Shown here: positions 11,327 through 20,148 of the stretch, one piece after another | How the letters are laid out: each line of letters begins with the position of its first letter | Numbering within the stretch: the first letter of the stretch is position 1 | IMG/VR virus record: IMGVR_UViG_3300020371_000004 | Span: 19,362-83,361 of that record | Reading direction: 5' to 3' (one strand) | Origin: a virus | Length of the DNA stretch: 64,000 nucleotides | Notes under the pieces: generated by a model | Told to the model about the DNA's origin: nothing | What the model saw: only the letters and a program-made list of their open reading frames with translations | Database searches by the model: none | Program-made: the position numbers and the translations under genes

Positions 11327-12709
11327 ATGGCACTTTTAGTACCAGATTGTGGCGAACTTCAATCCCTAAGGTATCTCGTTAACAGTGATCACAGAATTCC
11401 TAGGAATCTGATTCTAAAACTATATTCTAGTTCAACGACACCTGCTGAAGGGGATGTTCCTTCACAGACAACTTATTATGAACCATATGATGCATCAGGT
11501 TCACTTGGTTATGGTGTTTCACCATCTAACGGATATCCTGGTGTAATTAACAATAGATTTGACCAGGACTATTCCAGACAGTACGGTATTCTCCTTAATG
11601 GTAATCTTTGGAATGTAAGAACGATTACCACTGCAATCGCAACTCCTACTGGTTCTGGTACAGTTAACGAGTATCTAATTACTGTTGATAGCACAACCAA
11701 CATTGCTGTTGGTCACTATGTAAGTGGTGGTGGTGTTGGTTCCAACGCAACTGTTGCTGCAATCGATGGTAACACAATCGTCCTAACTGTTCCTAACACA
11801 TCTACGTTTACCAACCAACCACTTGAGTTTGGTGTTGGTACAACTACTGCATCCTATCCTGAGCAAACTTTCACCTTCACCTCTGCTGCTAATAACCAGT
11901 ATGGTTACTACCTAGTAAGAGCAAATAACCTTCCTAAGGAAATCCACGGTGTTGAGAATGCTACTTCTGTTGCTGAAGCAGTTGCAATTGGTAAGACTCT
12001 AACAACTGGTACTATCGGTCAGTCATACTTGACTCTCTTCGATAAGAAGTACGAGCCAACCATCACTGGAACTGGTGGTGATTACGAACTGACAGTTAAC
12101 GTTAACACTGGTATCACAACTAACCAAAGAGTTGCAGGTCTTGGTATTGCAGATGGAACCAGAGTTACTGGTGTAACTGGAACTACAATTTACCTGTCTA
12201 AGGCACTGACTGGTTCTGCTTCTGGAATCGGTACATTCTTCGAGAACGTTGGTGAAGACATCTGTGTAGGTATGGCAGTTACCCACAGCAACGTACAGGG
12301 TGAAGTTAATGCAATTACTCCTGGTACTAAGGTTACTGGTTTCGATGAAATCGAGAGAATTGTATATCTTGATAAGGAACTAGTTAACAACGTACAGACT
12401 GCTACTGGTGACCAAGTTAACTTCGGTACTTCTCACGTCACTGCAACTGACCACGGTCTACAACCAGGTGATGTAATCTACTTGGCAGCAGGTGCAGGTA
12501 ATACAACTACCCAATCCTCAACTTACACTGTACACCGTTCACTCGACGCAAATACTTTCTCAACCGTACCTGCTCTTGCAGTTGGTGCAGGTGGAAGTTC
12601 CACAATCTACAGCAGCATCATGTTTGCTGAAAGATTTACAAACGGTCCATACAACATTCAGAACAACGGTGACCAAATTAAGGTTACCCTTAACATCAGC
12701 CTTGACTGA
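11327..12709 (+). CDS. Putative abundant virion/fibre structural protein with inserted repeat modules
   Basis: Has its own consensus promoter, strong SD and terminator, and visibly C-ending codons (AAC/ATC/TTC). Three copies of a G..V.G..I..GT.V....G.TI.L module; C-terminal AERF..GPY.IQNNGDQIKVT. Confidence 0.75.
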   Translation: MALLVPDCGELQSLRYLVNSDHRIPRNLILKLYSSSTTPAEGDVPSQTTYYEPYDASGSLGYGVSPSNGYPGVINNRFDQDYSRQYGILLNGNLWNVRTITTAIATPTGSGTVNEYLITVDSTTNIAVGHYVSGGGVGSNATVAAIDGNTIVLTVPNTSTFTNQPLEFGVGTTTASYPEQTFTFTSAANNQYGYYLVRANNLPKEIHGVENATSVAEAVAIGKTLTTGTIGQSYLTLFDKKYEPTITGTGGDYELTVNVNTGITTNQRVAGLGIADGTRVTGVTGTTIYLSKALTGSASGIGTFFENVGEDICVGMAVTHSNVQGEVNAITPGTKVTGFDEIERIVYLDKELVNNVQTATGDQVNFGTSHVTATDHGLQPGDVIYLAAGAGNTTTQSSTYTVHRSLDANTFSTVPALAVGAGGSSTIYSSIMFAERFTNGPYNIQNNGDQIKVTLNISLD

Positions 12710-12739
12710 TACATTTTACTTGATTTCATACTATATCAT

Positions 12740-12780
12740 GGAGGGGTTGCGGAATCGTGGCCCCTCCTTTTCCTTGTTTT
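12740..12780 (+). terminator. Rho-independent terminator
   Basis: GGAGGGGTTGCG-GAAT-CGTGGCCCCTCC forms a 12-bp stem (3 G-U pairs) followed by TTTTCCTTGTTTT. Confidence 0.85.
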
Positions 12781-12798
12781 CACTAAAGAGAATGCGAG

Positions 12799-14997
12799 AT
12801 GCCAGCACTTAATGTAGGAATAAATTCAACCTTTGAGCAGCAAAGACTTGTCATCAATACACTTGCAGTTGATGTCAATTCTATCCTTACTGGAACTGCT
12901 GGAATAGCAACGTACTCACCATTGTCGGGAATTGCATCTAATGCAGTTCGTCTAGATGGTCAGTTACCAAGTTATTACCTGGATTATGGGAACCATACTG
13001 GAACACCAACCAGTTTATCTCAGTTTACTAATGATGTAGGTTTCATTACTTCATTTAACATTAACAGTGGAGTCACTGTTAGTGGTGTCATGACTGCTAC
13101 AACATTTGATGGTAATCTGACAGGTAATGTAACTGGAACACTTTTTGGTAATGTTAGTGGTGGTAATGTAAGTGGTACTTTATCTGGTGATGGAAGCAAT
13201 ATTTCTAACCTAAATGCTTCTAGGATAACATCAGGCACCTTGAGTGCTTCACATATTCCTGTACTCAACCAGAATACTTCTGGAACTGCTGCAGGACTAA
13301 GTGGTAACCCAACTATCGGAATTACTTCTTTAACGGCATCAGGGAGGATTGTAGGTGCTGCTGTAGATAACGTAATTCCATTCTTATATTCCGATTTAAG
13401 TGACTTGCCAAGTGCAAGTAGTTATCATGGTGCATTTGCTCACGTTCATAACACAGGTTCAGCATACTTTGCACATGGTGGAAACTGGGAAAAACTCGTA
13501 AATTATAATACTGATTCAGATAATATATCCATTGGTGGTACATTATCTGCTGTTGGTGATGTCGTAGTTACTGGTATTGTAACTGCTACTAGATTCTTTG
13601 GAGATGGTTCTCAACTAACAGGTGTTGGTGGTGGATCTGGTGGACTACAGATTTATGATGAATATAACCTAATTGGTACAGCATCTTCACTTAACTTTGT
13701 TGGTGGAAATATATCAGCAAACTTTGTTAATGGTTATGTTACAGTTAACGTAACTGATACTGATACAAATTATTGGGAAAGAAATAGTTCTGGAATTAGT
13801 ACAACATCATATCTTGGTATTCAGACCTCAAATCCAAACTATTCATTGGAAGTTGGTCCATATGGAAGTACTGGTATTGATTTTTATGTTCATGGAAGAA
13901 GTTGGTTTAATAATCAAATCAATACCCCAATTGTTGGTTTAGGAACACTTTCAATTAACTCGGAAACTAGGCTTTCTTCTTTACCTAGAATTGTAACATC
14001 AGAACTTGCAGTTGGTAACATCTCTACGACTAGAGTTCTTAACGTTACAGGTGATGCACATATTGGGGCAGGATTAACAGTCCATGGTGAACTTGATATT
14101 AATGATGATTTAAGAGTTAAAGATAACAAATATATTACTGTTGGTGATGGATTTGACCTATCAATTTATCATGATACGATTAATAGTCATATTGCCGACC
14201 AGGGAACTGGTAGTCTGATTATTCGTGGTAGTGATGTTGTAATTAAAAATGCAGCAGACAGCAAAGTATCTGCAGAATTTACAGGTGGTGCAGAAGCAAA
14301 ACTTTTCTACGATAATTCAGAGAAGTTTTCTACAGTTAGCACTGGTACAACAACTTATGGTACGCACTTTGCAACAAGATTTGCGGGTGATGGAAGTCTA
14401 CTAACAGGTGTTATTTCTTCATCAAGTGTTGGTCTCGCAATTCAAGGTGCAGGAACTCCAGTTGGTACTGCTACTACATTAAACTTTGTTGGTGCTGGTG
14501 TAAATCCAACAGTTACTGGTGGTATTGCAACCATTGATATTTCTGCTGCAGTTGGTAGTGCAGGTAGATTTAAGGATGGTACTTCAGGTATACATACAAC
14601 AGCACCTGCTGTAGGTTTAGGTACAACTAATCCAAAAACACAACTCCAGGTTGGTGATGTTTATGGTATAGAGGTCTATAGTGGTATTACATCAGTCACT
14701 GCTGGTGTTGCAACTGATGGTGTAGGTGGATGGACTATTGCCGATACAGATTTCCTAAGTGTAGATTACAAACTATACTTTAATTACAATGGCACAGTTC
14801 AAACCCAGAGAGCATCAGTGATGCATGATGGAACCACAGCATATGTTCAACCATATGCAATGATGATGACAGGAAATACTGCAGTAATGTCAATTGATGC
14901 AGTAATTTCAAATGGACAAGTAATTCCAAGATGGACACCAGGAACTGGAATAACTGGTATTGTTACATATAGAGTAGTAAGGGAGTCAATGCTATGA
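12799..14997 (+). CDS. Tail-fibre-like protein (Gly/Thr/Ser-rich, trimeric beta-repeat type)
   Basis: Repeated TAT.F.GDGS.LTG and VGTA.TLNFVG modules, a His-rich YHGAFAHVH..G..YFAH module, and a C-terminal domain (Q.Q...VMHDGT.AY) shared with 20149..23070. Confidence 0.75.
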   Translation: MPALNVGINSTFEQQRLVINTLAVDVNSILTGTAGIATYSPLSGIASNAVRLDGQLPSYYLDYGNHTGTPTSLSQFTNDVGFITSFNINSGVTVSGVMTATTFDGNLTGNVTGTLFGNVSGGNVSGTLSGDGSNISNLNASRITSGTLSASHIPVLNQNTSGTAAGLSGNPTIGITSLTASGRIVGAAVDNVIPFLYSDLSDLPSASSYHGAFAHVHNTGSAYFAHGGNWEKLVNYNTDSDNISIGGTLSAVGDVVVTGIVTATRFFGDGSQLTGVGGGSGGLQIYDEYNLIGTASSLNFVGGNISANFVNGYVTVNVTDTDTNYWERNSSGISTTSYLGIQTSNPNYSLEVGPYGSTGIDFYVHGRSWFNNQINTPIVGLGTLSINSETRLSSLPRIVTSELAVGNISTTRVLNVTGDAHIGAGLTVHGELDINDDLRVKDNKYITVGDGFDLSIYHDTINSHIADQGTGSLIIRGSDVVIKNAADSKVSAEFTGGAEAKLFYDNSEKFSTVSTGTTTYGTHFATRFAGDGSLLTGVISSSSVGLAIQGAGTPVGTATTLNFVGAGVNPTVTGGIATIDISAAVGSAGRFKDGTSGIHTTAPAVGLGTTNPKTQLQVGDVYGIEVYSGITSVTAGVATDGVGGWTIADTDFLSVDYKLYFNYNGTVQTQRASVMHDGTTAYVQPYAMMMTGNTAVMSIDAVISNGQVIPRWTPGTGITGIVTYRVVRESML

Positions 14998-17588
14998 TTA
15001 TAGACTGGACTGACGAAGAGAATATTGAAGCACTAAATCAAGCATATCAAGATGAGATTGCTGAGTTAGAGAAGGTTCCTGATGATCCAACAGCAAGGGT
15101 TCAGTATGTTATTGGGTGCGAAAATGCTTCGGATTGGCAATATGTCCATCAAGTATTAATCACTGATGGTACTAGTGAAAATATTCTTCCAACAAATTCA
15201 ATAAATTGTGTAGATGATTGTAAGCATAGTCCCGTAAAAGGAAGATATATTTTAACTGCTGAGCAAGCAGAAACAATAAAAGAGCACCCAAAAGTTAAAT
15301 ATATTCACCCAGACTTTAGTAGATACCAGGGAACATATAAACCACCTACACACGAAATTATATGTGCTGCTAAGTACAATAGGTATAACAGTAATAGAAG
15401 GCAGTATAGGGATATGCAAGTATCCATGCCATATACACCTACAGATGCAGAAGCAGGACGTAGTGGATATCAGCTATCTAGGTGTATGCAAGTTGATGAC
15501 CCTTGGTGGGGTGAAACTGGAACATATCAAACAAAGAATGATGTTGTTTTAAATCAAAAAATTCAGCAATATGGTGATGCTTCTGATGTTGATGTAATTG
15601 TTACAGATACTGAAGCATGGTATGGACATCCAGAGTTTATTAATACCGCAATAAGAAGTACAGCAACTAATGATGGATATAATTCCACTGGTTCTGGTCC
15701 TTCAAACTATAGAGGTGGTAATGTTTTACCTGGTAATGGTTATTGTGATATTTTAGACATTTACTTAGACGCACCATATTACATCGATCCAGATTTCTTT
15801 GATAATGACCCAGGAAATAGATTGATAACAAGATTTGATGGAACTATGGTTCCTGTTGAATCTGTAGCAAGAAGTTGGTGGTCTAGTAATTCACTATCTT
15901 CGAGATCATCAAAGTTTGTAAGTCCAAGTAATGGTGGTACTGCCACTGGACTTAACGATTTTGGTGTTATTAATGGTGGTAGTCAATGGACCTCCTATAC
16001 CAGAGCAAGAAATAATGGTTCAAATAGTGCATATTGCACAGGAAGTGGAACTCATGCTACTCAATGTATGGGTGTTTGTTATGGAAGGGGACAAGGATGG
16101 GCATATAATGCAAATAAGTGGCATATAAACAATATTGGTAGCAGTGCTGTTAGTATTGAAGGATCTGCAGATTTAATTAAAGTATTCCACAACTGCAAAC
16201 CTAATAATCCGTCTTTAGGGACAAAAGACCCAACATTAACAAGTAATAGCTGGGGATATCGTTCCACTTCTCACTCTACCGTTTATAGTGCTGGTTCTAA
16301 TTATGTGTTTTTCAGGCATGGTCAAGGAACTGGTAATGTAGCTGCAGCATCTGCGTCATATAGTAGCTCATCTACTATGCCAAATTGTCTTAGAACTGTT
16401 GGATATTATGGTGATGGTGGTAGAATGAAGGGAGAAATGCTTCCTAATTCTATGGTGACTGCATGGACTGAACTGGTTGATGCTGGAGTTATCACTGTAG
16501 TTGCTGCAGGAAATTCAAACCAAAAGCAAGTTCAACCAAATCATCCAGATTTTGATAATTTCTGGACACATAGTGGAACTGGTGGTGGAGGTGGTTCAAA
16601 TACTAATTTACTTGCGAATACTCATTATGAGTTTAGTGTTGAATGTTATAACACAATGAACAGACCTGGATTCCCACAGCAGGTTGGTAGACATACAGAT
16701 TCTAATGGTAACGTTGTACTGAACAAGGTTATTAATATGGGTGCATTAGATTATCAGTATCAATCAACTGGGCATGAGAGAAAAGTAAATTATAGTGATA
16801 TGGGTAATGGTATTGATTGTTATGCACCAGCAGATGATGCTTTAGGTGCAACTAGAGGAAGTTCTGGTGAAGGAATCCACCCAGAGACATATCCTGAACT
16901 TTCTGTTACAGCAGTCGATAATGATTTTGGTGGTACAAGTTCTGCATGTCCAGTAGCAGCAGGATTGATTGCAACTAAACTGCAGTATAACAGGGCATGG
17001 TCTTGGAGTGATGTAAAAACTTGGATTCTAAACTTAACCCAACAAAATACAAGTAAGTTTTATGTTGGAAATGAAGCAACAACAGTTACTTCTAATGATT
17101 GGCAAGATACCGTCCATCTTAACGGAGGTAGTCCTATCGTCATATATGACAAGGAAACAGGACAAGAGCCTTCTGGTGGTTTTGGAAGTATTCAATCTAA
17201 TACTTATTCAATCACAGAAGGAGCTACAATTAATGTAACAATACATGCAGTTGGTGTTTCTGCTGGAACATATTATTATTCTATCGAAAGTATTCCAGGT
17301 GAAGATTACACAGTTCCAGGAGATGGATTTAGTCCTACAGGAACAACAGGCAATATTTCTTATAATGGTACTGGAAATATTACCTTTAACATAGTTACAA
17401 CCACTGATTTAATTACAACTACAGACGCTAGAATAAGAATTAGAATTCGGGAAAATGCTGTTAACGGACCAATCGTTGCAACTACTGACGATATTATAGT
17501 TACTGGAACATTAGACCCAGTACCATTCCAGTTTGCGTCTGGTGGAGCTCAGTGGGGTGGTGGTGTCATAGTGACTTTTCAACCGTAA
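14994..17588 (+). CDS. Subtilisin-family (S8) serine protease with prodomain and C-terminal Calx-beta-like domain
   Basis: Triad motifs VDVIVTD, THATQC and FGGTSSACP; oxyanion AAGNS; N-terminal I9-like LT.EQAE.IK.HP.V. Confidence 0.85.
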   Translation: MIIDWTDEENIEALNQAYQDEIAELEKVPDDPTARVQYVIGCENASDWQYVHQVLITDGTSENILPTNSINCVDDCKHSPVKGRYILTAEQAETIKEHPKVKYIHPDFSRYQGTYKPPTHEIICAAKYNRYNSNRRQYRDMQVSMPYTPTDAEAGRSGYQLSRCMQVDDPWWGETGTYQTKNDVVLNQKIQQYGDASDVDVIVTDTEAWYGHPEFINTAIRSTATNDGYNSTGSGPSNYRGGNVLPGNGYCDILDIYLDAPYYIDPDFFDNDPGNRLITRFDGTMVPVESVARSWWSSNSLSSRSSKFVSPSNGGTATGLNDFGVINGGSQWTSYTRARNNGSNSAYCTGSGTHATQCMGVCYGRGQGWAYNANKWHINNIGSSAVSIEGSADLIKVFHNCKPNNPSLGTKDPTLTSNSWGYRSTSHSTVYSAGSNYVFFRHGQGTGNVAAASASYSSSSTMPNCLRTVGYYGDGGRMKGEMLPNSMVTAWTELVDAGVITVVAAGNSNQKQVQPNHPDFDNFWTHSGTGGGGGSNTNLLANTHYEFSVECYNTMNRPGFPQQVGRHTDSNGNVVLNKVINMGALDYQYQSTGHERKVNYSDMGNGIDCYAPADDALGATRGSSGEGIHPETYPELSVTAVDNDFGGTSSACPVAAGLIATKLQYNRAWSWSDVKTWILNLTQQNTSKFYVGNEATTVTSNDWQDTVHLNGGSPIVIYDKETGQEPSGGFGSIQSNTYSITEGATINVTIHAVGVSAGTYYYSIESIPGEDYTVPGDGFSPTGTTGNISYNGTGNITFNIVTTTDLITTTDARIRIRIRENAVNGPIVATTDDIIVTGTLDPVPFQFASGGAQWGGGVIVTFQP

Positions 17589-17595
17589 CTAAATA
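17589..17595 (+). promoter_or_regulatory. T4-like late promoter (CTAAATA)
   Basis: Immediately after the stop at 17588 and about 28 nt before ATG 17624. Confidence 0.65.
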
Positions 17596-17623
17596 GTAAA
17601 AAGTTCTAGTGTTTACTTGAAAT

Positions 17624-20119
17624 ATGTTTGACGAAGAAATTCTAGAAACACCTGGGTTTCAGGAAGAAAAAGACAAACTTCCTAAAGAACCAGAAGGTGA
17701 TGTAGATAAGGAATATGTTGTCGTTTGCCATACCAATGAAGGATGGCAAACGATTCATAGTCTCATCATGGAAGAAAATACTTCCGAGGACTATGTTCCT
17801 AATACATCAAAGAAATGTTGCAATGATAAGAAACATAGTCCTACTAGAGGAATCTATATGATGACAGACTCTGAGGCAGAGGAACTCAGGTCCCATGAAT
17901 TAGTTGAGACTGTAAATATTAATCGTGCTGCATATCCAGGAACATATAGAATTGATCCTGCTTTAATGAAAGATGGAATTGGACCACAATATAGGTATGG
18001 TTCAAATGTTAAACACCAAAAAGACCCTACTTTTCCATCTACTCCTACATTAGCAGATTTAAATCGTGCTGGATATGCTATCTTAAGACATTCCTCGTAT
18101 CAAGATCCTTGGTATGGAAGTTCAGCATCTACAGTAATTAATGATAGAGCTCAGCATTATGGTGCTGGTGAAGATACTGATATCATTACTGTTGACGAAG
18201 ATATGTGGTTTGGACATATCGAATTTCAAAATAATACAGGAACTGGTCCAACTAACTACAAGGGAGGAAATGTTCTTCCAGGAAATGGAACTTGCGATTT
18301 GCTATGTTTGGTGAATGATTCACCATATTATATTGACCCAGATTTCTTTGATGCTGATCCAGCAAATAGATTAGAAACTAGATGGGATGGAACAATAGTC
18401 CCAACGGAAGCTGCTGCTAATGGTTGGTGGCGTAATAACTCATTGTCATATAGGTCATCAAAGTTTGTAAGTCCGTCTAATGGTGGTACTGCTACTGGTA
18501 ATAATGATTTCGGCACTATACTTGTTTCATCTAATTATACTAGAGCAAGACAAAATGGATCCAATACTGCATATCAAACCAGTGGTGGAAGTCATTCAAC
18601 ACCATGTGCTTCCTTAGCATATGGGAGAAGTTATGGATGGGCATATAATGCAAATAAGTGGCATATTGCCCTTATGGGTTCTTATGCTGTAGATGAAGAA
18701 GATATTTTTGATATGATAAAAATATTTCATCAGTGTAAACCAATAAATCCCACATACGGAAATAGAGACCATACATTATGTACAAATAGTTATGGTTATA
18801 GGTCTTATGCTCCACCATCTAGTGGATATTACTATTATGAGACCCCCGATGATGGTACTGGAGGAGTTTACTATTCGTCAAAACCTAAATTTCTTAGTAA
18901 TTTTTATCAAAGTTATATTAGATCTGAGATGCTCCCCAATTCATTACTAACTGCTGGTAATGAAATGATTGATGCTGGTGTTATTTTTGTGTGTTCTGCA
19001 GGAAATACTAGACAAAAACTAGTGAAGGCAACCCACCCATCTTGGTATAACTATGTTTCTACTAGTAATAACCACACTATGGCAGATACACAATTCAGTT
19101 CTGGTGGATTCAATTGGGTGAAATCTGTAAATAGACAAGGATTTCCTGGTCAAATTGGTAAAGTTGGTGTTGGAACAAATACTGTTTATAGAACTTTTCC
19201 AATTGGATGCCTAAGTGGTGGCCACCGTTCAGATGGAAGAGAGCAAAGAGCAGTTTACAGCAATATGGGTAATCTAATTGTTGGATTTGCTGCTGGTGAT
19301 AGGCAAGCAGCAGCATGTGATGACAACGCTGGTTCTCGTAAGAATCGTTATGATGCTTATTATACTCTTAATGGAGTTCAATCTGTAGAGTCTGAAGATA
19401 GAGAATTTAATGGTACAAGTGCTGCATCTCCAGTAGCTTGCGGATTCTTAGCAACTAAAATGCAGCATAATAGGACTTGGGACTGGCAAGATTTGATGAA
19501 CTGGATTGAAAGTTTGACTCCAGTCAATAGTTCAGAATTTTATTATGGTACTGAATCAACTACTGCTACAGATAATAACTGGGATGATGATTACAGTATA
19601 GAAGGTCATCCTGGATATGTATTTTATGATGCAACAACTGGTGGAAATGAATCTTCTTATAGGTGGGATGCTGCTTCTGGTAATGTTGCTACACAAAATC
19701 CTAAAGAAGTAACAGAAGGTGGTACTGCAACTGTCACACTCTCCACTAATGCACCTGACGGAACTTACTATTACGTTGTTGAGAAAGATGACCACCAATC
19801 TGATATTCAAGCAAGTGATTTTGATACAGGAGGAGGTTTCCTGGGAATGTATGGTGCATTCTCTGTTTCTGGTGGTGCAGCAACACTTAATTTCAAAATT
19901 GCAGCTGATGCAGTTGCAGTAAATGAAACAGAATCATTTAGAGTTAGAGTTAGGAGTGGTAGCACTACAGGACCTGTTGTTGCAACTTCACATGATTTTA
20001 TAATTTTAGATTCTTCCTCTGGAGGTGGTGGTGGTGGTGGAGGAACACCAGCAACACCTTTCGTTTTTGCATCTGGTGACGGTCTGACATTTACTGGTGT
20101 CAGCATAAGTTTCTCTTGA
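17624..20119 (+). CDS. Subtilisin-family (S8) serine protease, paralog 2
   Basis: TDIITVD, SHSTPC, SAGNT and FNGTSAASP; I9-like prodomain; C-terminal Calx-beta-like domain; clear paralogy to 14994..17588. Confidence 0.85.
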   Translation: MFDEEILETPGFQEEKDKLPKEPEGDVDKEYVVVCHTNEGWQTIHSLIMEENTSEDYVPNTSKKCCNDKKHSPTRGIYMMTDSEAEELRSHELVETVNINRAAYPGTYRIDPALMKDGIGPQYRYGSNVKHQKDPTFPSTPTLADLNRAGYAILRHSSYQDPWYGSSASTVINDRAQHYGAGEDTDIITVDEDMWFGHIEFQNNTGTGPTNYKGGNVLPGNGTCDLLCLVNDSPYYIDPDFFDADPANRLETRWDGTIVPTEAAANGWWRNNSLSYRSSKFVSPSNGGTATGNNDFGTILVSSNYTRARQNGSNTAYQTSGGSHSTPCASLAYGRSYGWAYNANKWHIALMGSYAVDEEDIFDMIKIFHQCKPINPTYGNRDHTLCTNSYGYRSYAPPSSGYYYYETPDDGTGGVYYSSKPKFLSNFYQSYIRSEMLPNSLLTAGNEMIDAGVIFVCSAGNTRQKLVKATHPSWYNYVSTSNNHTMADTQFSSGGFNWVKSVNRQGFPGQIGKVGVGTNTVYRTFPIGCLSGGHRSDGREQRAVYSNMGNLIVGFAAGDRQAAACDDNAGSRKNRYDAYYTLNGVQSVESEDREFNGTSAASPVACGFLATKMQHNRTWDWQDLMNWIESLTPVNSSEFYYGTESTTATDNNWDDDYSIEGHPGYVFYDATTGGNESSYRWDAASGNVATQNPKEVTEGGTATVTLSTNAPDGTYYYVVEKDDHQSDIQASDFDTGGGFLGMYGAFSVSGGAATLNFKIAADAVAVNETESFRVRVRSGSTTGPVVATSHDFIILDSSSGGGGGGGGTPATPFVFASGDGLTFTGVSISFS

Positions 20120-20125
20120 TAAATA
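20119..20125 (+). promoter_or_regulatory. T4-like late promoter (ATAAATA)
   Basis: Overlaps the upstream stop and lies about 23 nt before ATG 20149. Confidence 0.65.
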
Positions 20126-20148
20126 ACTAAAAGTAGTATTCCCATCAG

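Noticed and set aside
12492-12812. 106-aa + strand ORF bridging the 460-aa gene and the next fibre
   Set aside because: Alternative frame of a real gene that runs through a clear terminator.
20021-20043. GGT/GGA triplet runs (also ~22723-22749 and ~34675-34695) as contingency microsatellites
   Set aside because: In-frame poly-Gly linkers with mixed codons; slippage would not switch frame.
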